This document shows positions 37,495 through 47,707 of a stretch of DNA of 64,000 bases, one piece after another. The DNA is from Longimicrobiales bacterium (GTDB taxonomy: Bacteria > Gemmatimonadota > Gemmatimonadetes > Longimicrobiales > Gaopeijiaceae), in the NCBI GenBank assembly GCA_965249195.1, contig CBDFLM010000015.1, positions 476,644 through 540,643 on the forward strand, given 5' to 3'. Below the pieces are notes generated by a model. It made no database searches. It was given only the letters and a program-made list of their open reading frames with translations, and was not told the DNA's origin. The translations under genes were made by a program, and so were the position numbers. Every line of letters begins with the position of its first letter. Positions within the stretch are counted from its first letter, which is position 1.

Positions 37495-40400
37495 AGCTCA
37501 GATCACTGCGCGTCCACGGCTTCAAATCCTTCGCTGACCCCACCGAAATCCAGTTCCATCACGGTATCACCACGATCGTCGGTCCCAACGGGTGCGGGAA
37601 GTCGAACATCAGCGATGCGATCCGCTGGGTCCTGGGCGAGCAGCGTCCAACGGCTATCCGGGGTGCGCGGATGGAGGAGGCCATCTTCCAGGGGAGCGTG
37701 AATCGCCGTCCCGTAGGTCGTGGGTCCGTCACGATGGTCGTGAGCAACGAGGACGGATCATTGCCGGTGCCGTTCGAGGAAGTCGAAATCGGTCGACGGG
37801 TCTTCCGCGACGGCGGGAGTGACTATTCGATCAATCGAGCGGTGGTCCGTCTCCGCGACGTCCTCGACCTCGTTCGAGACACTGGACTCGGGGCCAACGC
37901 ATACAACGTTCTCGAGAACCGGATGATCGAAGCGATCCTGTCCGATCGCGCTGAGGAGCGACGAGCGCTCTTCGAGGAGGCCGCGGGAATCGGCAAATAC
38001 AAGGATCGGCGTCGGTCCGCGTCGCGACGTTTAGAGCGAGCGGAGACCGACCTGCAGCGGCTCGAGGACCTGATCGCGGAGGTGGGGTCGAAGGTCCGCT
38101 CATTGGCCCGACAGAAGGGCAAGGCCGAGCGGTTCGCGAGCCTTCGATCTCGCCGCCTGTCGCTCGAGATCGCTGTGGTAGGGCATCAGCTCGAAGCGCT
38201 CGGTGACCGAGTGGCGGGCCTGGAAAAGGAGCTCCAGGGCGGAAGAGTGACGGGCGAAGGCATGATCGCCGAGGCCCGCACAGCGGAGGCCCGCCACGAG
38301 GCGTTGCGCTTGGAACAGGTGGAGCTAGAGAAATCCCGCGCCCGGGTGGCACTTGAGCTCGACACCGTGCGAGGTCAGCTCACTCGATGGGAGAAGGACC
38401 TTGCGGTCGCAGCCGAGCGGGCGGCACACGCGGTGCGCCGCCTGGGCCAAATCGAAGGCGAGAGAGAGGAAGCGAGCGCTAAATCTGAGGCTTTCACCAC
38501 GCAGGCCGAGGACCTGGACGAAGACATGCGGGTGCGGCTCGCCGAGCTCGCTGAGGCCGGACTGCAGCTCGAGGCGAAGCGCGCCCGCTCCGAAGAGCTG
38601 CGAGCTCTGGCTTCCACCGCTCGACGCGCTCTCGACTCGGTCGACGAGCGGGAGCGCGAGATCGCGCGGCGGGCCGCGCAGCTGGAGGGAGACGCCGAGG
38701 CAGCCCGGTCCCAGGCAGCCGAGCTGGGGCGCCGACAGGGGCTCTTGTCCGGAGAGTTGGAGTCGGCTTCGGAAGCGCTCACCGACCTAGAGACGCAGGG
38801 AGACCTGTTCACGGGCCGAATGCAGACGCTGGACGGGTCGGTGTCCACGGCGCGCGAGACCCTCGCGAGAGCCGAGAAGGAGCTGCTTCGCCTGAGGTCC
38901 GAGCTGGATGCAGCGAGAATGGCTGAGATTGACTCGCACGACGTCGCATCGTCCCTCGGAGCCCGCATCACCGCACTCGAGGGGATGGCTCGCGACTCGG
39001 AAGGCATGGAGCCGGCAGTCAGGGCGGCGTCGAGCCTCGGCGACGTCGGAGTTCTGGGCATTCTCTCACAGTTCATCGAGGCTCCGGCGGATCTCTCGCG
39101 GGCCGTGCAGAGCTTCCTCGGCCCGCTCGGGCTGGCTCTCGTCGTGCGCGACAGCGAGACGGCAGATCGGGTCCGCCGCTGGTTCCATGGGCACTGGGAA
39201 GGAGGCGGTGGGCTCATTGTGCTGCCCCTCGACCGGGTTCCGCAGGAAGACCAGAGCGGTCCCCTCCTAGGCGCGGTATCGGCTCTTGGCGACGGAGCGC
39301 CTTGGGTACGGGCGCTATTGAGTGGGGCGGAGCTCGTCGAGGAGGATGAGCTTCTGCTCGGCGACGGACGTGCCACGGTCCGGGTCACGCCCAGTGGGTC
39401 GTGGACGGACGCACGGGGCATCGTGAGGATGGGAACGCCGACCGGCTCCTCGGGCATGCTCGAGCGCGAGGCACGCCTCCAGTCGCTCCGTGCCGACGCG
39501 AAAGCCGCTGAATCCCGAGCTGCACAGGCCCGAAGTGAGCGCGAGCGCCTCCGTGAACGGGTTGATGAAGCTGCGATCTCCGTGGAGAAGGCGAGGGCCG
39601 CGTACCACGACGCGGACGAGACGCACCGCGCCGTGCGCGCGGACCTCGTGGAGCAGGTCGACAGAGCTGCCCGCATGGGTCGTCATCGGGAAGACGTGGC
39701 ACGTCAGATCGAGGGAACCAAGGCGGCCCGCTCGCGGGCTGATGCCCGCGCAAGAACGGCTCTAAAGGAGCGTGCGTCCCTCCAGAAGGAGGAAGCGGTC
39801 CTGGGCGAGGAGCTACGGACGGCGAGGGGAGCGCTCGATGGCGCCGAACAGAACTGGGAAGTCGCTCGCGCGGAAGAATCCGCCCTCGCGGTGCGTGTAG
39901 CCCGGCTGGAAGGAGAAGCTGAGAGACTGGGCGAGCGGCTGGAATCGGTTCGCGAGCAGGCCGCGGCAGCGCGCGGCAGGTTGCAGGTGCTCGACAATGA
40001 GGAGGACGAGCTGCGTACCGACCTTCGCGACGCGCGTGCCCTCGAAGCGGAAGGATCCGAGGCGCTGGAGTCGCTCTTCGCGCGCCGGGACGTGGCCGAG
40101 CAGGCGGTACGGGAGCGCCAAGAGGCGGTCGATCGCGTCGCCGATGCCCTTCGCGCTGCGGAATCGAGCCTGAGATCCGCTCGGCACGCGGAACGTGAGG
40201 CGACCGATGCGCGCCATCGGCTCGAGCTCGAGCTCCAAGAGACCCGGGGTCGCATCGATCGAATTCGTGAACGCCTCGAGGGCGAGTGGGGGCGGCCGTT
40301 GGAGGACCTGCTCGACCACTCCGAGCCATTCGAGGAGGAGATGACCCGAGAAGAGATGCGCGAGGAACTGGAGGAGATCGTGCGCAAGCTCGAGCGAATC

Positions 40401-41024
40401 GGCCCCGTGAACATGCTCGCCGTTGAGGAGCACGAGGAGGAGAGCCGACGCCTGACGTTTCTGCGTGACCAGCTCGGCGACCTCGTCGAGGCACGTAGCG
40501 ACCTCCGTGCCGCCATCCGGCGCATCGACCAGACCGCGACCGAGCTGTTCATGGAGACCTTCGAGAGAATCCGTGAGAATTTCCGCTCGATCCACCGTCG
40601 CCTTTTCGAGGGCGGCGAGGCCGACATCTGGCTCGGGGAGGAAGGCGACCCCTTGGAGTCACCTATCGAGATTCATGCTTCGCCGAGAGGAAAAAAGACT
40701 CAGCGAATTCATCTTCTTTCGGGGGGTGAACGGGCGCTGACTGCGCTCTCGCTTCTGTTCGCGATCTATCTGGTCAAGCCTAGCCCGTTCTGTGTGCTGG
40801 ACGAAGTCGACGCTCCCCTCGACGAGAACAACATCGGCCGCTTCATCAGGCTGCTCGACGAGTTCAAGGAGCAAACGCAGTTCATCCTAATCACGCACAA
40901 CCCTCGCACGATCGAAGCTGCCGACTGGATCTACGGTGTGACGATGGAAGAGCCGGGCGTGAGCAGTGTCGTGGGTGTTCAGCTCGAGGATGCGCTCGAA
41001 CGGGCGCGCGGCTCAGCTGCTTGA
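37491..41024 (+). CDS. smc: Chromosome segregation protein SMC
   Basis: Start [39 protein letters not shown] (Walker A). Long coiled coils, a hinge, and C-terminal [17 protein letters not shown]...[10 protein letters not shown]. Confidence 0.9.
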   Translation: [1177 protein letters not shown]

Positions 41025-41109
41025 GGCGGCCGTACGGCCAGCGTCGACATTTGGCGGCGCGCCGCAGTGAGGTGATGAGCTCGTCAGCGAGGAGCTCTCG
41101 TCGCGGGCG

Positions 41110-41926
41110 ATGCCAAAGAGTTTTCAAGGGACGATGAGACTGACCGTCCTTGGATCGGGGACGCTCGTTCCTGACGACGACCGGCGTTGCGCGTCCCACC
41201 TCGTGGAACTCGACGGCGCCCTCCTGCTTTTGGATTGTGGCCCAGGCATTTTGCACGGATCATCACGATATAATGTTCCATGGCAAAGATTTACACATAT
41301 CTTCCTAACCCATTTTCATACCGACCACGTCGGTGATCTTCCGCACCTATCTGTTCGCGTCCGCGTACGGAATCGACCCCCCCCCCAGGGAGCCACTCAC
41401 GATCCTCGGTCCTCACGGCCTCAGCGCGTTTCTCGAGGCACTCGGCGAGGCCCACGGGACGTTCATCGGGGACCCGGGGTTCCCGCTCGAGGTCGTCGAG
41501 CTTGGAGGCCGCGACGAATGGCATGACATGGATGCTTCCTTCACGCTGCGCACGCAGGAGTCGAGGCATACGGAGGTCTCGCTTGCGGCCCGCGTGGAGT
41601 GCGATGGCGTGGCTCTCGCTTACACCGGGGACACTGGGCCGAGCGCCTCGCTGGGGGCGTTCCTGGCTGGAGCGCAGGTGCTGCTGGCCGAGTGCAGCTT
41701 GCCCGATCCCCCGCCCGTAGATCGCCACTTGAGCCCACGCGGGGTGGCCGACCTGGCTCGCACAGTCGCCCCCGAGCTACTCGTGCTGACACACGTCTAT
41801 CCGCTTCTGGCGCTCGACGATCTGCCGGGACTCGTGCGCGACGCGGGCTGGCCGGGCCCCACCGTCGTGGCCCATGACGGGCTATCTGTCGAGATGGGAA
41901 GGGACGCAGTCGTGGTGACGCGCTGA
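41110..41926 (+). CDS. MBL-fold metallo-hydrolase (RNase Z / ElaC-like), frameshifted near 41340-41352
   Basis: Frame 1: MRLTVLGSGT...HIFLTHFHTDHVGDLPHL. It continues in frame 2 (41333..41926): LFASAYGIDPPPREPLTILGPHGL...AYTGDTGP...VLTHVYP. A one-nt offset sits in ccgcacctatctgttc, upstream of a C10 run that encodes PPP. Confidence 0.65.
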
Positions 41927-42101
41927 CCGGACTCGACGAGTAGCTCGGCGCTGAGCGAGCCGCGATAGGCCGTGGACGGCCGCCAGCCCGCGTTCTAGAC
42001 TTGAAAGGTGGGTCGGAGCGGGTCGACGTCCGTTGCCGCGGGCGCCCCGACCGGCCCAAGCTCCGGAAGGGATTTCTACTTCTGTCGCAGAAGGGAACGC
42101 G

Positions 42102-43152
42102 ATGTTGGTCGTGATGCGGCATAACGCCACGCAGGCGGAGATAGCGAACGTCGTCGAGGTGATCGAGGTGATGGGGTACCAGGGCCGGCCCATTCCAGGA
42201 AAGCAGCGCACCGCTGTGGGCCTCATCGGCAACGATGGTGGCGTTGATTCTGCACGGCTCCAGGTCCAGCCCGGCGTTCTCGAAGTGATTGCGGTCACCC
42301 AACCCTATAAGCAGGTCTCACGTGAGTGGCGGGAAGAAGACACCGTCATCACGCTCGACAACGGGACCATCGTGGGCGGCAGCGACATCGTAGTGATGGC
42401 CGGGCCGTGCGCGGTCGAAGGTGAACGAGAGATCATCGACATCGCCTTCGTGAGCTGGGAGCGTCCGTGCTGCGGGGGGGGGGGGGGGCGCATTCAAGCC
42501 GAGGACATCACCGTACTCCTTCCAAGGCCTGGGCCAGCAGGGACTCGAGCACTTGGCGAAGGCGCGCGCGGAGACCGGCTTGGCCATCGTGACCGAGGCC
42601 CTTGATCCAGAGGGTGCCGAGCTCGTTGCGGCCTACGCCGACATCGTGCAGATCGGGGCCCGCAACATGCAGAACTACCCTCTGCTGAGAAGGGTGGGAC
42701 GACTCGGTCGGCCCGTCCTGCCCAAGAGAGGAATGAGCGCCACGATCGACGAGCTGCTGCTAGCGGCCGAATACGTCCTCGCCGAAGGAAACGAGCACGT
42801 CATTCTGTGCGAGCGTGGCGTGCGTAGCTTCGATACGCATACGCGCAACCTTCTCGATCTCACGGCTGTTCCGGTCGTTCAGGCGCTGTCCCACTTGCCC
42901 ATCATCGCTGATCCGAGTCATGGCACCGGCCTGCGCTCCAAGGTGATTCCGATGGCCAGGGCCGCAGTGGCCGCAGGCGCTGATGGCTTGATCGTCGAGG
43001 TGCACGCGGACCCTCCGCGGGCCCTCTCGGACGGTGCTCAGTCGCTCTACCCGGAGCAGTTCAGGGACCTCATGGCCCAGATCAGCGTCATCGCGCGGGC
43101 TATTGGACGACGCCTCGCCGCCCCGCTTCCCGAGGTGGCACGAGCCACCTGA
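42102..43152 (+). CDS. 3-deoxy-7-phosphoheptulonate (DAHP) synthase, type I-beta with N-terminal ferredoxin-like regulatory domain (aroF / Thermotoga type), frameshifted at a G15 tract
   Basis: N-terminal [27 protein letters not shown]... then catalytic ...[20 protein letters not shown]. After the G-run the true frame reads [41 protein letters not shown]...IGARNMQN...ADPSHGTG. The track splits it into 42033..42605 and 42553..43152. Confidence 0.8.
42474..42488. repeat. G15 homopolymer inside the DAHP synthase gene (encodes a poly-Gly junction)
   Basis: tgc-GGGGGGGGGGGGGGG-cgcattcaag read directly. A run of 14 (or 11) would give ...[15 protein letters not shown] in frame. Confidence 0.9.
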
Positions 43153-43209
43153 GAGCGGACGGAAGTCCGAGCCGTGCATGTCCTCGCTCGTTCCTGTTCG
43201 CCACCCTAG

Positions 43210-43596
43210 GTGGTGGACGGCCAGCGAAGCACTCCGAGCACGCACGAGCTGGGACAGCGCTTCGAGCAGATCGTTGCGCTCAAGCTACGCGAGCAGGGCT
43301 GGGAGCTCCTGGACCGCAACGTGCGATTCCGCAGGAAGGAGATCGACATCGTCGCGCGTCGCGGGCGGCTCGTGGCTTTCGTGGAAGTGAAGGGAAGGCG
43401 CACTGCCCGTTTCGGTGATCCCCTCGAGGCGGTCACGCGCCGCAAGCGGCGAGAGATCACCGTTGTGGCCCGATGGTGGGTTTCGCGCTTCGGCCGCCCC
43501 GGGTGGGTCTATCGCTTCGATGCCGCCGCTGTAGAGCCCACCAGCGACGGCGCCTTCGACGTGCGTATCGTCGAGGATGCGTGGCGTATCGAATAG
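43210..43596 (+). CDS. yraN: YraN-family (UPF0102) endonuclease-like protein
   Basis: GEQIVALKLREQGWELLDRNVRFRRKEIDIVARRGRLVAFVEVKGR. Confidence 0.75.
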   Translation: MVDGQRSTPSTHELGQRFEQIVALKLREQGWELLDRNVRFRRKEIDIVARRGRLVAFVEVKGRRTARFGDPLEAVTRRKRREITVVARWWVSRFGRPGWVYRFDAAAVEPTSDGAFDVRIVEDAWRIE

Positions 43597-43851
43597 TCTT
43601 GGCGGATACCCGCGGCGGGGCGTCGATCGGTTGACCCTGGTAAGTTCCACGCGTAGCTTCGGAGCGTGCCCCAGGTCCGCAGAGCGAGAGCCCACGAATC
43701 CCGTCAGGACCCCGCAGGTAGCAGCGGTAAGTGCGGTGATCGTAGCTGCGGGTTGCCTGGGGCATTCTTCTTGCTGGTCGGCGTGAAGCTCCGTCATCGG
43801 GCACTCCGCACGCGCACGGCCCCGACCTCCTGACCGCTGCCGCCCGAGCTC

Positions 43852-45522
43852 ATGGCACATCAAGCGCTGGCGCGGAAGTATCGACCTCGCCGTTTCGCGG
43901 AAGTCGCGACTCAAGAACACGTCTCCGAAACGTTGAGGCGCGCTGTCGGTAGCGGCCGCGCCGCGCACGCCTACCTGTTCTGCGGCCCCCGGGGAGTCGG
44001 CAAGACCACCGTCGCCCGCGTCCTCGCCATGGCCCTGAACTGTCCGTCGCGAGATCAGGAAGGTGAACCGTGTGGCTCGTGTGAGAGCTGCGAGCGCATC
44101 TGGAGTGGCCAGACAGCCCTGGACGTCGTGGAGATCGACGCCGCTTCCAATCGCGGAGTGGACGATGCGAGGGCTCTCAGGGAACGGGCCATGTACGCAC
44201 CGTCGGAGGATGGTCGGTTCAAGATCTACATCGTCGACGAGGCCCACATGCTCACGAGGGAGGCGTGGAACGCCCTTCTCAAGATTCTGGAAGAGCCCCC
44301 GCCCAGGGTCACCTTCGTCTTCGCGACGACGGAGCCTCAAAAGATCCAGCAGTTTGCTTCGCCGATCCTGTCGCGCTGTCAGCGCTTCGATTTTCGGCGC
44401 ATCGGTGTCTCCGACATCGTGCGCCGCATGCGAGAAGTGCTCGAAAACGAAGGATACGAGGCACCGGACGAGGCGCTTCGTCTCATTGCGCGTAGGGCCG
44501 ACGGGGGAATGCGCGATGGACTCTCTCTTCTCGATCAGGTACTGGCCCTGACCGGTGGTTCGATCAATGCGGACGCCGTACGCAGAGTCCTCGGGCTGGT
44601 CGAGGACGAGCGTTACCTGGAGCTCCTCGAGATTCTACGCGAAGGACGTCACGGAGACGTGTTCGGGTTCGTGGACCACCTGCTCGACGAAGGATACGAC
44701 TTGGCGGAGTTCTACCACGGTTGGGTGGACGCGCTAAGAACGCTGCTTCGCATGCGGCTCGGCGGTGATCCACCTCCGGAGCTCGCGACGGATCTGGCGG
44801 AGCGATACGCGGGGAGCGCGGCCAGGTTCGCGGATGGCGACCTCGTCCGCATGCTTTCATTGAGCTCCGAGCTGGAGAGCACGGGAAGTCTGCGCCGCAG
44901 CCCGCACCCGCGCTTGCTGGTCGAGATGCTTTTGCTTCGTCTCTCCTATTTGGACCGGACCGTCGAGCTCGAGGAGCTCTTGCAGGGGCTTGGGGAGCGT
45001 GGTCGCGGGGAAGGAGCAAGCCCGGTCGGGGCAGGCGGATCGTCGCCCGCCGGCCAAGCCGAGGTTGCACCGGTCGAAGAGGTGGCCGCGCCTCCCTCGC
45101 TCGCGGGCGGGACTCTGGAGAGATCGGGCTCCCACGATGGGGACGGGGCAGTGAGCTCTGGGGTGGATCTGGTCGATGCGTGGGCGCAGGTGCTGGCGAG
45201 CGGCATCGGCGTCCCGGCCGGTACCAGGGCGTTCCTCGTCGGCGCTACGGTCTCCGAAGCCACCCCCGGGAAGGTGCGGCTCTCGGTGCCAGAGGGTATC
45301 GCGCATGAGCGTCTGGGAACCGCCTCGGTGCGAAATGCCCTCGCCGGATCGCTTTCGGAGACCTTGGGGAGGAAGGTCACAGTGATCCTCGCCCCCCCTC
45401 AGGAGGGTCCTCGGCGAACCACCCGGGAGGAGGCCCGCGAGAGACGTCTCGAACAGCTGATCGAGCGGGAACCCCTCTTGGCACGGGCGGTAGAAGAACT
45501 CGATCTCGAACTGCTCGATTGA
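43852..45522 (+). CDS. dnaX: DNA polymerase III subunit gamma / tau
   Basis: MAHQALARKYRPRRFAEVATQEHV...AYLFCGPRGVGKTTVARVLAMALNC...CGSCESC...IYIVDEAHML. Confidence 0.9.
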   Translation: MAHQALARKYRPRRFAEVATQEHVSETLRRAVGSGRAAHAYLFCGPRGVGKTTVARVLAMALNCPSRDQEGEPCGSCESCERIWSGQTALDVVEIDAASNRGVDDARALRERAMYAPSEDGRFKIYIVDEAHMLTREAWNALLKILEEPPPRVTFVFATTEPQKIQQFASPILSRCQRFDFRRIGVSDIVRRMREVLENEGYEAPDEALRLIARRADGGMRDGLSLLDQVLALTGGSINADAVRRVLGLVEDERYLELLEILREGRHGDVFGFVDHLLDEGYDLAEFYHGWVDALRTLLRMRLGGDPPPELATDLAERYAGSAARFADGDLVRMLSLSSELESTGSLRRSPHPRLLVEMLLLRLSYLDRTVELEELLQGLGERGRGEGASPVGAGGSSPAGQAEVAPVEEVAAPPSLAGGTLERSGSHDGDGAVSSGVDLVDAWAQVLASGIGVPAGTRAFLVGATVSEATPGKVRLSVPEGIAHERLGTASVRNALAGSLSETLGRKVTVILAPPQEGPRRTTREEARERRLEQLIEREPLLARAVEELDLELLD

Positions 45523-45582
45523 AATCGGGGTCGGCCCGCCTCCTTCGTCACGCATCTCCTTCTCCTCCTTCGGCAGGTACCG

Positions 45583-45900
45583 ATGAACAACCTGCAGCAG
45601 CTCATGCAGATGGGGCAGCAGCTCCAGGCTCGCATCAACAAGATCCAGGAGGGTCTCGAAGAGCAGAAGATCGAGGCCTCTTCGGGCGGTGGGATGGTTA
45701 CGGCAACCGTGGACGGGAAGGGCATCCTGAGGGGGCTGACAATCGACCCGACTTGTGTGGACGCCCGGGACGTGGAGATGCTCGAAGACCTCGTCATCGC
45801 GGCGATCTCGCAGGCCCAGACCAAGGCACGCGCGGTGTACGAGGAGGAGATGCGCAAGGCTGCCGGTGGCTTGCCGATGCAACTCCCCGGCTTGTTCTGA
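45583..45900 (+). CDS. ybaB: YbaB / EbfC nucleoid-associated protein
   Basis: MNNLQQLMQMGQQLQARINKIQEGLEEQKIEASSGGGMVTATVDGKG. Confidence 0.85.
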   Translation: MNNLQQLMQMGQQLQARINKIQEGLEEQKIEASSGGGMVTATVDGKGILRGLTIDPTCVDARDVEMLEDLVIAAISQAQTKARAVYEEEMRKAAGGLPMQLPGLF

Positions 45901-45916
45901 GCCTGATTGGGCGCTC

Positions 45917-46510
45917 ATGTCGGTGATCGACCGCCTCAGCGGCGAGCTGACCCGGCTGCCAGGGATCGGGCCGAAAACCGCCCTTAGACTCGTTTATCAT
46001 CTCATGAAGCGGCCGGCGGACGAAACGCGCCGCCTCGGCTCCGCCGTCTCGGAGCTGGCCGATCGCATTCGGCCCTGCGACCGGTGCGGCAACTTCAGCG
46101 AGAACCAGCTCTGCGGCGTTTGCTCAGACCCACGCCGAAATGCTGCGACGATCTGCGTCGTCGAGGAGGCGTACGAGGTAGGCGCCATCGAGCGAACCGG
46201 CAGCTTCCGAGGTCTATACCACGTCTTGGGAGGGCGGTTGTCGCCACTGGATGGCATCGGGCCGGACGAGTTGCGCGTCGCCGCGCTGCTGGATCGGCTC
46301 GCGGAGGCAGCGGGTGCGGTCGAAGAGGTGATCCTCGCTACGAACGCGAGCGTCGAAGGTGAAGCGACGGCGGTCTACCTGGAATCGTTGATTCGGACGT
46401 TCGGGGCCCGGGTGACGCGCCCCGCGCGCGGCATCCCCATGGGAAGCGATCTCGAGTACGTGGATGGCACGACGCTCGCGGAGGCACTCAGCGGCCGTCG
46501 CGACATGTGA
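45917..46510 (+). CDS. recR: Recombination protein RecR
   Basis: MSVIDRLSGELTRLPGIGPKTALRLVYHLM, Zn finger CDRCGNFSENQLCGVC, and a Toprim domain. Part of the dnaX-ybaB-recR triad. Confidence 0.9.
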   Translation: MSVIDRLSGELTRLPGIGPKTALRLVYHLMKRPADETRRLGSAVSELADRIRPCDRCGNFSENQLCGVCSDPRRNAATICVVEEAYEVGAIERTGSFRGLYHVLGGRLSPLDGIGPDELRVAALLDRLAEAAGAVEEVILATNASVEGEATAVYLESLIRTFGARVTRPARGIPMGSDLEYVDGTTLAEALSGRRDM

Positions 46511-46872
46511 GGCGGAAGGCGATAGGGGGACGGACGTTGGCCGAACGCAAACGAAGTGAGACTGCCAGACGGTTCCGCATCGTTGGATTGACGGTCTTGG
46601 TGGCGGCCGCCGCGGGTGCGGTCGTTGCTTGGATAATCCGAGATCAGCTCGCCCGCCATCGTCGCGACCTGTTCAGCCCGAACTCGTTCGAGCGTCTCGC
46701 CGCGTTGACGTCGATCGCGCGCGCTCCCGCGACCGTGGACAACATCACCCTCCTGAAAGATTTCATCGTCTGGGAACCGCGTCGTCTCATCCGGCGCCGG
46801 GCCGAGGCCGTCTTACGTCACATGGAGCAGGAGGCGCGCGTTCGCGAGAGTCTCTCGGTCCAGCGAGGTTGA
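46507..46872 (+). CDS. Hypothetical membrane-anchored protein
   Basis: 121 aa. Single TM IVGLTVLVAAAAGAVVAWII. 4-nt overlap with the recR stop. Confidence 0.4.
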   Translation: MRRKAIGGRTLAERKRSETARRFRIVGLTVLVAAAAGAVVAWIIRDQLARHRRDLFSPNSFERLAALTSIARAPATVDNITLLKDFIVWEPRRLIRRRAEAVLRHMEQEARVRESLSVQRG

Positions 46873-47111
46873 GCGGCGGGTTGCCTCCAGCCATTCCGCT
46901 GCCGACCTTCCGGGCTCGATTCGAACCGAGCGACGAGGGTGTGCTGGCTCCTCTACCCGTGGGCGGATATGTTTGCGCGCCCCGCTACCAGCGGGTCACC
47001 TCGACAGCCTGTCCCGACCTCGGAGGTTTGAGCGCAGTGTCGATCGCAGACCGACGTCTGCCCCGCGACGGGGCAGGGCTCGAACATCCCCCGGCGTAGG
47101 AGCATCCGACG

Positions 47112-47690
47112 ATGTCGATGATCAACTACGCCAGCCGCGAGATCAATTGCAAGGTTGTCTATTATGGCACGGGTCTCGGGGGGAAGACGACCAACCTCGA
47201 GTACATCTATTCCCGGGTGAATCCTGACACCAAGGGGAAGATGATCTCCCTCGCGACGGAAACGGAACGCACGCTGTTCTTCGACTTCCTCCCGATCGAC
47301 CTGGGCGAGATCCGAGGCTTCAAGACCCGCTTCCACCTCTATACCGTCCCGGGTCAGGTGTATTACAACGCCAGCCGGAAGCTGATCTTGAAGGGCGTGG
47401 ACGGGATCATCTTCGTCGCCGACTCACAGCGTGAGAGGGCCGAGGCCAACATCGAGGCCATGCATAACCTTTACGAGAACCTCGAGTCCTACGGGTACGA
47501 CCTCGAAACGATTCCTTTCGCGCTCCAGTACAACAAGCGCGACTTGGCCAACGCCATGGCGGTGGAAGAGATACGTGCCCAGATCAATCCAAGGGGCGTA
47601 CCCGACTTCGAAGCTGTGGCGCTCGAAGGAAAGGGTGTCTTCGAAACGCTCAAGCGTGTAAGCAAGCTGGTCGTCAAGGCGCTCAGCTGA
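47112..47690 (+). CDS. mglA: Ras-like small GTPase MglA (mutual gliding-motility protein A)
   Basis: Near-identical in motif order to Myxococcus MglA: [33 protein letters not shown]...[62 protein letters not shown]...QYNKRDL. Confidence 0.85.
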   Translation: MSMINYASREINCKVVYYGTGLGGKTTNLEYIYSRVNPDTKGKMISLATETERTLFFDFLPIDLGEIRGFKTRFHLYTVPGQVYYNASRKLILKGVDGIIFVADSQRERAEANIEAMHNLYENLESYGYDLETIPFALQYNKRDLANAMAVEEIRAQINPRGVPDFEAVALEGKGVFETLKRVSKLVVKALS

Positions 47691-47707
47691 CGCCGGGGGC
47701 CGGTCGC

